Shown here: positions 39,201 through 50,700 of the stretch, one piece after another
Layout: every line of letters starts with the position of its first letter
How positions within the stretch are numbered: the stretch's first letter is position 1
From: Macrostomum lignano
Taxonomy: Eukaryota
Direction of reading: 5' to 3'
DNA: 64,000 nucleotides
Assembly (NCBI GenBank): GCA_002269645.1
Contig: NIVC01001050.1
Coordinates: 59,683 to 123,682 of the forward strand
The notes under the pieces: generated by a model
Told to the model about the DNA's origin: nothing
Database searches by the model: none
What the model saw: only the letters and a program-made list of their open reading frames with translations
Program-made: the position numbers and the translations under genes

Positions 39201-42200
39201 TTTGGACTCTGGCGCCAATAGATGTTTGGACTCTGGCGCTAATAGATGTTTGAATCTGGCGCCAATAGTTGTTTGGACTCTGGCGCCAATAGATGTTAGA
39301 ATCTGGCGCCAATAGTTGTTTGACTCTGGCGCCAATAGTTGTTTGACTCTGGCGCCAATAGTTGTTTGACTCTGGCGCCAATAGTTGTTTGACTCTGGCG
39401 CCAATAGTTGTTAGACTTTGCCAACATGCTTTTGCTCCAAAGGTTTTTTTTGTTTTTTGAGGCAAACCTCGTAGGCATAAAGTCAGACTCATGAAACCCG
39501 ACACACCCCAGAGCGCTCCTATTCAAACATCAATATTTCCCAACCTAAACGTGCAACCCGAGGACGCAAACTAATCCTCGGTCTGGAACTGTAGTCACGA
39601 TTGCAATCGTATTCACTCTGCTCAAACCGGCTTGCAGAGCCACCTGGAGACTTGCCGCTACGTGGCGGTGCTCTGCCCCCAGGACTGCGGGGACATGGTG
39701 TGCAGAGCGTTTCTCAAGGAGCACGTCGATCATGCCTGCTCAAGGAGGCGACGCCAGTGTCAGTTCTGTAGGAACAGCTTCAGCGCTGAGGAATACCCAG
39801 TGAGGATGCCTGTTATAAGATCGTGAATCTCAAATCTCAGATCCTGAATCCCAAATTTCAGATCCTGAATCCCAAATTTCAGATCCTGAATCCCAAATCT
39901 CAGATCCTGAATCCCAAATCTCAGATCCTGAATCCCAAATCTCAGATCCTGAATCCCAAATCTCAGATCCTGAATCCCAAATCTCAGATCCTGAATCCCA
40001 AATTTCAGATCCTGAATCCCAAATCTCAGATCCTGAATCCCAAATCTCAGATCCTGAATCCCAAATCTCAGATCCTGAATCCCAAATCTCAGATCCTGAA
40101 TCCCAAATCTCAGATCCTGAATCCCAAGTCTCAGATCCTGAATCCCAAATCTCAGATCCTGAATCCCAAATATCAGATCCTGAATCCCAAATCTCAGATC
40201 CTGAACCCCAAATCTCATATCCTGAATCCCAAATCTCAGATCCTGAATCCCAAATCTCAGATCCTGAATCTCAAATCTCAGATCCTGAATCCCAAATCTC
40301 AGATCCTGAATCCCAAATTTCAGATCCTAAATCCCAAATATCAGATCCTGAATCCAAAATCTCAGATCCTAAATCCCAAATCTCAGATCCTGAATCTCAA
40401 ATCTCAGATCCTGAATCCCAAATCTCAGATCCTGAATCCCAAATCTCAGATCCTGAACCCCAAATCTCAGATCCTGAATCTCAAATCTCAGATCCTGAAT
40501 CTCAAATCTCAGATCCTGAATCTCAAATCTCAGATCCTGAATACTTAATCTAAAATTCTCTTCGAAACGAAAAAAATCTCTCATTGGAATGCCAACTTTC
40601 AATCGAATCCCAAGTCTTGAGTAGTATAGTTAGTATAGCCCGCACAGGTAACCAGCCCTACACCTTGTAAAAAACTGGCTTTCAGAAGCACGAAGGCACC
40701 TGTCCAGACGAGCAGGTGTGGTGCGAGAACAAGTGCGGCCTGCGGATTCCGCGGAGGAAGCTGGCCAGGCACGCTGAGCACGATTGCGTCAAGCGGGAGG
40801 TCGGCTGCAGCTTCTGCCGGAAGCGGTTCCTGTTCGACACGCTGCAGGTTGGTTTGTGATGGCTGCTGCTGTGGTCCTGGGTTCGAACTTCAGTCACACC
40901 TACATAAGCCGCTATTCATAAATTAGCAATTAAAATACTCGATCCTGCTCGAGGAAACCAAATCCTGACAAAAAAGTCATAGAAGAAAAATAGTTCATCC
41001 CAACCTCACAGATATCATAGATCCCATCCCTAAAGCCATAGATCCCATCCCTAAAGCCATAGATCCCATCCCTAAAACCATAGATCCCATCCCTAAAGCC
41101 ATAGATCCAATCTCTAAAGCAATGGATCTCACCCCTAAAGCCATAGATCCCATCTCTAAAGCAATGGATCTCACCCCTAAAGCCATAGATCCCATCTCTA
41201 AAGCAATGGATCTCACCCCTAAAGCCATAGATCCCATTCCTAAAGCCGTAGATCCCAACCCTAAAGCCATAGATCCCATCTCTAAAACCATAGATCCCAT
41301 CTCTAAAGTCATAGATCCCATTTCTAAAGCCATAGATCTCATCCCTAAAGCCATAGAGCTCAGTATAAAGATATTCCCAATACTAATAATCCTTCAACCC
41401 AAATTGCCAACACCCACAGACTCATATTCAGCAGTGCACACTGAAAGGTGTGACCACTCCAGTTTCTGGTCAGCAAAGCCACAGTAGCAATCATCAGCAG
41501 CATCAGCAACAGCAGCAGCCGCAGTACAACACTTCGACATCAACGTCAAATTCCTCATCAAACGACGCGGCCATTCTCAGCGCAGTGGGCAAGACCTCCT
41601 CAGGAACTGGCACCAGTCCCTTGGCGGTGACCCCGGAGTCCACGCTGGACAAGCCCGACAGCGGCGGGGTGAACCCGCAGTTCAACAGCCAGCGAAGGCA
41701 GCAGCCGGAAGCCTCAGCCGAGGCACCGCCACCCGTGCCGAGGAGGGCGGCCTCCGCTGAATGTCTTGACGGTGGCAGAGTCCGAGGAGCGCCTCCGATC
41801 GACTGTCCGTTGAAATGGTGCGGCTGCCAGTTCAAGGTGAGAGGCTTGCATAATCCTAAGGGATTAGTGATAGAGATTTAGAAGTGTGAGGATCTAGTGC
41901 TACGATGTACACTAACACAGGTCTAGATGGTTCCGGATCAAGAGGTGCAGAACTGAGCCTCTGATCCAGAGGTTCAGTAACTGCTAGTTTGCAGGTGGTT
42001 TCGACTACTACGCAATACTCGTACGTAAGGATTCGTACGAGACACACGCCCACATGGACTTTTGCACGGAATGGAACCAAGGGTCAAGAATTTGGATCGA
42101 GAGAAAAGATACCTAGAGATTCGAGATTGAAGAGAATGTCCCTCTCGACAATGCATTTGAAAGCGAATTTCTAACTTTTGCGCAAATTGTACACAATGTT

Positions 42201-42907
42201 GAAGTGTTTCGTCCTCCTCGATTCATTCTATTGCGATTCCCCCAACCCCCCCCCCCCCGAACTTTAAGGGCGATCGAGCCTCCGTCGATCGGCACCAGCG
42301 CGACCCGGCGGCGTCGGCGCATCACGTGACCTTGCTGGCCGAACTGGCTCGAGCCCAGCGCCGGGAGTTGGACTCGTTGAAGCGCCAGCTGCGTCACCTG
42401 CCGCTGGTGCACTCTGGTCGCCTGGTCTGGCGGGTGGACAATTACGCCGAGAAGCTGGCAGACTCGACTTCCAACCGAGAGCTGGAGTTCTGCAGCGTGC
42501 CGTTCTACACTGGCAGACCGGGCTATCGGCTGCAGGCCTCCGCCTTTCTCAACGGAAACGGCAGCGGCGCAGGTCGCTACCTGTCGCTCTACGTGAAGCT
42601 GCTACCTGGGGAGTTCGATCCCATTCTGGACTGGCCGTTCGTTCGACCGATTCGAATGCGACTGCTGGATCAGAGGGACGGGTCGGCTGGATCGCGGCGT
42701 CACCTGGAGGAGAGTTTCACCCCGGATCCCAGCTGGCGGCATTTCAAACGGCCAGGCAGGGATGCTTCGGCCGCGTTCGGTTTTGGATTTCCGAAGTTCG
42801 CGGCACACGAACTGCTGCGGCCAGAGGGCGGCTCGGATGAGTGCTGCTACCTGCGCGACAATGTCATCTTCCTGGAGATCGAGGTTCTGCCTGATGCGGC
42901 AGAGTGA
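36238..42907 (+). CDS. TRAF4: TNF receptor-associated factor 4-like (~571 aa; exons 36238-36392, 36468-36543, 36798-36902, 39638-39799, 40686-40847, 41420-41836, 42269-42907)
   Basis: It starts MPGYTYFF (TRAF4 MPGFDYKF) and has a RING (CPIC...CQHVFCDSC...CPLD). The zinc finger CENKCGLRIPRRKLARHAEHDC...FLFDTLQ resembles TRAF4 CENKCGARMMRRLLAQH...FVFDTIQ. The MATH domain contains GYRLQASAFLNGNGSG, as in TRAF4. All junctions are GT-AG and in phase. Confidence 0.92.
38040..39420. repeat. Minisatellite, 22-23 bp unit TGGCGCCAATAG(A/T)TGTTTGACTC, ~60 copies, TRAF4 intron 3
   Basis: Directly visible. Each unit carries the palindrome TGGCGCCA. Confidence 0.95.
39824..40545. repeat. Minisatellite, 21 bp unit TCAGATCCTGAATCCCAAATC, ~34 copies, TRAF4 intron 4
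   Basis: Directly visible and highly homogeneous. Confidence 0.95.
41014..41358. repeat. Minisatellite, 21 bp unit CCCTAAAGCCATAGATCCCAT, ~16 copies, TRAF4 intron 5
   Basis: Directly visible. Confidence 0.95.
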
Positions 42908-42989
42908 TCGACTGGAGCTGACTGAAGATTTTTTGAGCCTGGTGTCCGGTTTAGAGGCAGACTGGCGATCAAATCCGGTTTATAGAGAC

Positions 42990-43490
42990 ACTGACACCCA
43001 ATGTAGAGCCCTCTGACACTCAATGTAGAGCCCCTAACACCCAATGTAGAGCCCCAAGACACCCAATGTAGATCCCCTGACACCCAATGCAGAGCCCCCT
43101 GACACCCAACGCAGAGCCCCCTGACACCCAATGTAGAGCCTCCTGACACCTGATGTAGATCAGAGCCCCTGGCAACTGATGTAGAGCCCCTTGACCCCTG
43201 ATGTAGAGCCCCCTGATACCTGATGTGGAGCCCCCTGGTACCTGATGTGGAGCCCTTGACACCTGATGTTGAGCCCCTTGACCCCTGATGTAGAGCCCCT
43301 TGATACCTGATGTGGAGCCCCCTGATACCTGATTACCTGATGTGGAGCCCTTGACACCTGATGTAGAGCCCCTGGCACCTGATGTACATGCAGAGTCCCT
43401 GACACCCACTTTAGAGTACCTTACACTCACTGTAGAGTACCTGACATTCAATGTAGAGTACCTGACACCAGATGCAGGGCACGTGACATC
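42990..43490. repeat. Degenerate minisatellite, ~21-22 bp unit GACACC(C/T)(A/G)ATGTAGAGCCCCT, downstream of the TRAF4 stop
   Basis: Directly visible. Confidence 0.9.
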
Positions 43491-44194
43491 CACTTGGCAC
43501 CCCTGATTTACTTCTTATTCACTTCCGGTCTCAGGACAGATCTAATCCCTTTTACTCTCTCATTTCCTCTGGCTGACGACAGGCCCAGAGGCCTGATATC
43601 GATTTGAAATCTGTCGCTTTATCTGAAACAATATTTTCATACAAAACCAATTTCATAGAATTGGCCTAAATTTTATTATCAACATTTATTTGTGTCTTCT
43701 CAGCACTCGGGGTGCTTACTCGTATTTTGGAAGTTGAAGACTTTGGTATAGTCAATGAGTATTTGCACGAGTATTCGGTCCTGTCCATAGACCATAGACA
43801 CCGGCAGTGTACCTGTCCAAGCCTTGAAAGTTGAACTTGGCAATATGCTTTTCTATTTTCATTGTTTCTACGAGTATAAGTAGTAATTTTGAGTAGTATG
43901 TTTCTTTTTGAGTGTATTATTCTTTGTTAAAATATCTTATAGTCTAAGCGAAAATATTTGTAGATGTGTAGTGATCCCTAGTGTCTAATTTGCTCAAATC
44001 TATTTTGTTTTGTACTTTTTGAATCATCATAACAAATATTCAATTTTTATGATCAACCAATTTACAGTGTAGCAATGTTGGAATAAATTACTAAGGACTG
44101 TAACAGCAGTTTTAACAGGACCTGTAGATATGGAAGTAACCTGCACTTGGTGAACACTTTCTTTATTTTATTATGGCACCTTGGCTGCCTCAAT

Positions 44195-44672
44195 TGCATC
44201 TGCCTCAGCTTCATCTTTCTCAGCTTCATCTGTCTCAGCTGCATCTGTCTCAGCTTTATCTGCCTCAGCTTCATCTGCCTCAGCTGCATCTGTCTCAGCT
44301 TTATCTGCCTCAGCTTCATCTGCCTCAAGTGCATCTGCCTCAGCTTCATCTGCCTCAAGTGCATCTGCCTCAGCTTCATCTGTCTCAGCTGCATCTGTCT
44401 CAGCTTCATCTGCTTCAGCTGCATCTGTCTCAGCTGCATCTGTCTCAGCTTCATCTGCCTCAGCTGCATCTGCTTTGGTATAGTCGAGTCGAGCTGCATC
44501 TGCCTCAGCTTCATCTGCCTCAGCTTCATCTTTCTCAGCTTCATCTGTCTCAGCTGCATCTGTCTCAGCTTTATCTGTCTCAGCTTCATCTGTCTCAGCT
44601 TCATCTGCCTCAGCTGCATCTGCCTCAGCTGCATCTGCTTTGGTATAGTCGAGTCGAGCTGCATCTGCCTCA
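44195..44672. repeat. Minisatellite, 15 bp unit TCAGCT(T/G)CATCTG(C/T)C, with a duplicated interruption (TTTGGTATAGTCGAGTCGAG at ~44473 and ~44640)
   Basis: Directly visible. Confidence 0.95.
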
Positions 44673-45251
44673 TCTACGGTGTAATTATTCTAAAAATCTA
44701 ATTATAATAATTATTCTATTTTTCTTTTCTGATATTTTTGTTCCTTTGAGATGAAATCGTCAATCCTCGCATCTATAAAAGGAATAATCCTGATGTAAAA
44801 CGCTTAATCCGCAAATCACAGTCGCATCTGTGACGGAAAACACCTTCAATTTTGTCCAGATTTTCCCAATCAGACCTAAGCAGATTGTCTTTGCCAATCA
44901 TTTCCTTGGGAAGGAAAATTCCAAAGAATAAAGTAATCCATTTGGCGTTTTTTTCCAAATGAAATGCTCAAAACGACGTGGGCAACCAATTATCACCTTG
45001 TAATCAGCGGATTAACAGGAGGAAAGCTGCTTTGCGCTGAAAAGATTTACTCCGCGAAAAAATTGCTATATAAAGGGCCTCTCGAATCTTTGCTGGACAT
45101 TTTCGCTGCAGATTTTGACACTGGCTACCGATAAACTGTTGGAGACCCAACTGGCCTGTTGAAGCTATACAACGGTTTTTAGCGTTATTAAAGAGTTGTA
45201 GAAATCTTTTTTTAATTGTTTAAACTAGTAAAACAACTTAAAAAATACATC

Positions 45252-46919
45252 ATGACTGCTAACGATACGGTTACCGAACTGGAGACTGCTTTTGAGCACC
45301 TACCAGCTCTGATCGACTCTGATCCCATTGTTTTCTATCCCTACGTGAGTCTGACTTCCCTCGCCATGGTCATTGGGTTTTTAGGCAATATCGCCATTTT
45401 TATTACCCTGTTGGCTCGGCCCGATGTGCAGAAGGTTGGCCGGGAGTTCATGGCCAACATGTGCTTGGCTGATCTGTGCGTCACTGGACTGGCCGATCCT
45501 CTGTGCATCGTTGGTGAGTTGCTGTTGCTATTGAACAGTGTATGTATAGGGTCAGAATTAACTGGCTGTCGTGTCCTATCTGCTCGAATCTCAGTTGATC
45601 TCAGTCTTAGGTGGGCCAACGATACACCATCCCTGGAGTCTTGGGTCTTAGGTGGGCCAACGATACACCATCCCTGGAGTCTTGGGTCTTAGGCGGGCCA
45701 ACGATACACCATCCCTGGCGTCTTGGGTCTTAGGTGGGCCAACGATACACCATCCCTGGCGTCTTGGGTCTTAGGCGGGTCAATGATGCATCGCTGGAGT
45801 CTTAGGGGTTTGATGGGTCAATGGTACATTGCTGGAGGCCTGTATTTTAGGTGGGTCAATGATGCATCACTGGAGTCTTGAGTCTTAGGCGGGTCAATGA
45901 TGCATCGCTGGAGTCGTGGGTCTTAGGCTATCCAAGACACGTCACTGGAGCTAGTTTTGGGTCTTTTGTGGGTCAAGGATACATCCATCAAGTCTTAAGT
46001 CTGGTAGGTCCAAGAAGACACGTCGCTGGAGTCACAATAACACACTGACATAGTACCTGAGACGCAGTCGAAACGAAGCTACTTGAATGTAAAAAGCGTC
46101 TCCGTTTCCCCTCCAGCTGCCATTAAAGGCGAAAAATATCTGACTGAGAGACCTGAACTTTGCACTCTGGTCGCTTCGCTGTGCCTGACAGCCTGCTTCT
46201 GCGCCTTCTTCAGTCTGGGCTGCATCACCGCATCCAGAACGGTATTCATCTGTCACAACCGAATGTACAAGAGCCTATTCAGCCGACGAAAGGCCATTGT
46301 GCAGTGCTGCCTGTGCTGGGTGCTGAGCCTGACAGCAGAGGCTGGTAACTTTCTCGGTTGGGGCGGCCATTTCTACGATCGGAAAAGCGAGAGCTGCGCT
46401 TGGCAGAGAACGGCGTCCTCGTCGTACACATTCTTTGTCGGCGTCGGTCTGATCTCTTTCCCGCTGACTCTGATGCTGGCCGCTAATATAAAAGTCCTAG
46501 TCAAGGTTCACTCTACAAAGCTTCGCCTTCTCGCCGCCGTCACGTCTCATCTGGACAAGCCAACGCCTCGACCAAGCGCTGTCTGGCGAGAGACAGCACG
46601 AGCTTGCCGAACATTGCTGGCTATGATCGTAGCCTTCTGCGTCTGCTGGATACCCTACACTGTTGTCATTCTGGTGGACGTCAGCAACACTGTGGTTCCG
46701 CCTCGGGTTCACCTGTTCGTAACTTGGCTGGCTCACCTGCATTCGGCTGTCATCATCTTGGTGCACCTGAGCAATCGGCAAATCCGGCTGGCAGTGATCC
46801 AAACCATCTTCTGCCAGCGCGACAAAGGATCGCCTAAGGCCAACACCGCGACTACCAAGTGCACAAACAACAGCAAAGCTACTAACCAGACCACCTCTAC
46901 CACCGATAACAAGATCTGA
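45252..46919 (+). CDS. Class A (rhodopsin-family) GPCR, melatonin-receptor-like orphan (~354 aa; exons 45252-45513, 46117-46919)
   Basis: Seven hydrophobic segments: TM1 GN, TM2 NMCLADL, TM3 end ASRTVFICH (compare melatonin receptor NRYCYICH), ECL2 YDRKSESC, TM6 FCVCWIPY. The phase-1 intron is G|GTGAG...CAG|CT. Confidence 0.85.
45600..46035. repeat. Minisatellite, ~41 bp unit TCTTAGGTGGGCCAACGATACACCATCCCTGGAGTCTTGGG, 4 near-perfect copies then degenerate, in the GPCR intron
   Basis: Directly visible. Confidence 0.9.
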
Positions 46920-47796
46920 TCGACACTCCATGAATCAAGATTGAAACAAGGCTATTGGATTTATTAACTAATTGAGCGGACAGTCGGAACACTCTGATTA
47001 ATAGCTAACGGTAACCCCCCAAAAATCTATTTAAAAAACTTTTTGTCGAACACTGTGTTTAAATGGAATATTTTGAAAAATTTTTGCGTTTTAGCGACAA
47101 ATAGTCTAGCAAGCCAATATCCCCCCAGATCTTTTACTGGGGGGGACATGTCCCCCCTGTCCCCCCGTTGGCGACGCCCCTGACAACAGAGCTTTGGTAA
47201 TAATACCCTTATAATCAAATATCCATTATTGTTGTTGGACTCAAAATACGTTTTAAATTTTAAAAGCACTCTTCTGATATTTTCTTCATAGTGCACAATT
47301 CTCGCATCTTATCTTGCGTTTGCGTGTATTGTCAAATGTTCAAAAGAGTTAACCAGTTTATGTCTGAGCCGAAAAAGTAATATTTTCAAAATCTAAATAC
47401 TCAAGCAATTTGCGTAGCACCCGACATTTTCGGGTGAAAATATTATAAAGCACACAGTACGCTACTAGCAGTAGGCTCATGCACATTTTTAGCTGTGTTG
47501 TCAAAAGCAATCGATAAATATAAGCGGTCCATCTACTCTACTTAAAAGTCGGCATGCAAATGCTAAATAGAAGCCGCTAAAAACGTTTAGACAAAATTAT
47601 TTACAAAAAGTCTACTATTTAAGTTGCCAAGATAGTAAATTCAAAACCAGCATGACACACCTGATTGACTGACGAAAATCGTTAAATATCGCGAGATCAA
47701 TAGTAAACGTACAAGCTATTTAGAAACAATCTTTAAAAGTTACACAGGGACAAATTCATACCGTCGAGATGCGTTGTTAATGACTCGATATCAATT

Positions 47797-50700
47797 TTAT
47801 ACCACTGTGGACTTTCTCGGTTCGTAATAGTAATTATCGTACTCGGATTCGTAGGCGCTGTACTGCATGCTCGGATCGCTCGGGTACTCGACGCTGGTGG
47901 CCAGAGAGCTGCTGCTGATGCAGCCGGGCAGGATGTAGCGCTGCAGCTCCGGCGGCAGGACGCTGCGCATTTTGCCGTGACGAGCCACGAACCGTTGGAA
48001 ACTTTGCGGCAGTCCGCGCGCCTGCCCATTAATGACGCCGTTTCGTGCGGCCAAGTCGGCCGCGTCGGCGTCGGCGCCTAGCTCCAGGGTAGCCGCGGCG
48101 GCGGCGACCGCCGACGCGTTGGCGACTGCGGCCTGCAGCTGATCGAGGCTCGATGCCCGTCGCAGGGCGCAATCTGGCGATGTTCCGTTGACAGCAACGG
48201 CCGACTGGTGCTGCAGCGGCTGTTGATGATGCATTCGGAAGCGAGGCTGACCCGGGGTCGAGTTCTGACCTCGACTGGCCCGGTCGAGCGAGCCGAACAT
48301 GGACAGGCCGCTGGATGGCCGAGTCCGATCGTGCGAGTTGCCCCGCTGAAGCGGCACTGGCAGCGCCTGCTGCTTCCCCTGCTGCTCTGTGGGCTGCATC
48401 GGAGCTAACAGCGCCGCAAGAGTCTGCCGGTGGCACAGCCGGTCGGGCACCTCGCCCTCGGATAAGTCTGCTCCGTCCGGCATGCAGAAGTCGCGCCGGA
48501 AGACGCTGCTAATTCGACGTGCCTCCGCGGCGATGCGCTCGTGAAAGCTGTCTTCCATGCCGCTGCCGATAGCAAACGGCAGACCGGCAGCTCGCAGCCG
48601 CTGCGGGAAGTCGGACTCGTCGGTCATGTTGTCGTAGTCGGACTTCTTGGATGCCGGCGTCGAAGTTGTGTCGTTCGGCGTCAGCGAGGAAGCTTGATGC
48701 GGCGGCTGCAACAGCCGGCCGAAGCCGTTCTGAAAGCCACCCCGGTGGCCGCTGTACCCGTTGTAGCCAAAGCTGCGCCTGAGCCCTGGCACATCTTCCG
48801 CCTCAGAGTGCGTTTCGTACGCGCTCGACGGAACATCGCACGAATAGCCAGCCTCCTCTTCATCTTCGTCATCCTCGGCTCTAGTTTCGTAGCCGTACTC
48901 GTCGAAGTCGGTGTCTCCGCCGTTGTCATATTCTCCAGTTTTCTGCCTGGGCTGGCGCGGTCTCGGAGCTGGCAATCTACGTCCGGCGTTCAATGGCGTC
49001 AGCAGGACTTCTCCGTCGCTTACTCTGCCAAGATCTTCGCTAGAGATGGCCACGCTTGTGGTGGAAGTCGGCGGTAAAAAGCCAAAGTTCGGCAGGCCAA
49101 CCGGCGCCACTTGCGGCAGCCGACGCTGCGCGGGTACCGGCGTCGGCGGCTCCGACCCGGGTGGAGGGTACGATGCCGTGACCGGAGGCTCGCAGTAGGA
49201 CGGGTCCGCGTCGGAGAGGGCGGCAGCGGCTGCCTCTTGTGGCCAGGCGCGCATCAGTGCTGCCTCTGGCTCTCCTGGTTCAATGTTTTTGGAGTTCATT
49301 GAACTATTAAATAACCGTTTCTTTACACACTATAATTTAAATAAAAAGGTAAGGTCATACCTGCATTGCAGTTCCCTCTAAATCGACTGTCACTACCGAT
49401 GTCGTTTGCCGCAGTTGCCGCTGTCGGTGTCTGCAGAGACGGCGGCGCCGACGGTCTGTACGCCTGCGGCACGTATTGGAAAAAGTTGGTGCAGTCCTCG
49501 TCGATGTCGCTCACCAGAACGTCGCTTATCTCGCCGTCGTCGCTCTGCAGGCCGCGAAGTGCATCCAGGTCTGTGTCGCAGCCGCCATCGCGACCGCCGC
49601 GACCGCTGACTCCTCCATCTGTGTTGTCATCCTCGTCACCGCTGGTCAGACACCCACCAATGGAGTCGGAGACCAGTGAAAGCAGCGAGTCGCCAACAGC
49701 CGCACCGCCAGACGCTACTCCGCCGATGCCACTACTTGAAGTCGTCGGTGGAGCTACTGGCGCCAGTCGGAACGCTCCGCTGCGTTCCTTGGCCAATCGA
49801 AACAGTACTGGAGGCACAGTAGAGCCGCTGCATGTGTTCGTCGTTTCCCAGCCAGTATTGGCGGCTGCGTTTGAACGCTGCGAGGGTTCTGCGCTGGTTG
49901 ATGTCGCGGACGCTGTAGAGATCGGTGCCTCAATTGGTGGAAGCGACAAAGTGGCCCCAGCCGTGTCTGATGGCGGTGAAGTCTTCAAGCCTCCAGCGCC
50001 GCAACGGCTTCCTCCAGAGGAGTCACTCAGCCGACTGGCTGGCGACAAGATCGGAGGACTCGGGCGGGTATACTCGGGGAAGTCTAGGTGACGGGCACTG
50101 GGCGTGCTGCGCTGGCTACCTTCGGCTGATGGGCTTGCTGAGGTGCGAGACTTTCCAGAAGCGCGAGCTGCGGCTACTGGCGGAGGAGGCCGGTATTGGT
50201 GCTGAGGCTGAGACTGGTGATGTCCACTGGTGTCGGAGTTCGATCGCGTCATGCTGGTGCTATGACCGTGACTGCCACGTGGAGGTCGCGGCGGAGGCGG
50301 CACGGGAGCCGATGACTTCACAGCCGCCATCTCCATGAAGATGTTGGCGCTACTCTCAGCCATAGAATCGTACTCAGTGTCAGTGTACAGCGGGTTTCTG
50401 TGGCTCACCGGCCCCGGCATCTCAGCAGAGGCGGTAGCCGAAGCGCTGACTGCAGCGGCGTTGTCCGTAGCCTCGGTTGCTACTTCATCTTCGTCAGAGG
50501 TGACAATCTGATCGAGCGTGTCACCCGGCGGATGCCTAGCCGCCGACTGAAAGGCGGCACTCTCGTGCATGAGGAAACTGCTCAGGGATGACCTACTGGC
50601 AACGGTGTCGCTAATTCTTCGAGGCCTCTGCGGCTTCTGCTGGTGAGGCTGCGGTTGAATCTGAGGCTGAAGTTGAGGTGGCGGAGGCGGCGGTGGCAGA

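Noticed and set aside
38040-39420. CRISPR-like appearance (regular ~23-bp repeats containing the palindrome TGGCGCCA) and several 110-190 aa ORFs
   Set aside because: Units are head-to-tail with no unique spacers, there are no cas genes, and the array lies in a eukaryotic intron. The ORFs are open only because the unit lacks stops on the minus strand.
39760-41487. Repetitive ORFs (QILNPKS)n, (IQDLRFG)n and (MALGMGS)n
   Set aside because: These are translations of 21-bp intronic minisatellites in TRAF4. The flanking true exons splice around them in phase.
44062-44754. ORFs in four frames, including an Ala/Ser-rich antifreeze- or adhesin-like peptide and (RQMQL)n
   Set aside because: A 15-bp tandem unit keeps most frames open on both strands. 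There is no signal peptide, splice context or non-repetitive coding flank.
48029-50591. Multiple 60-240 aa ORFs overlapping the cyclase tail exons on both strands
   Set aside because: They are shadow ORFs of GC-rich coding sequence with no independent domain signal.
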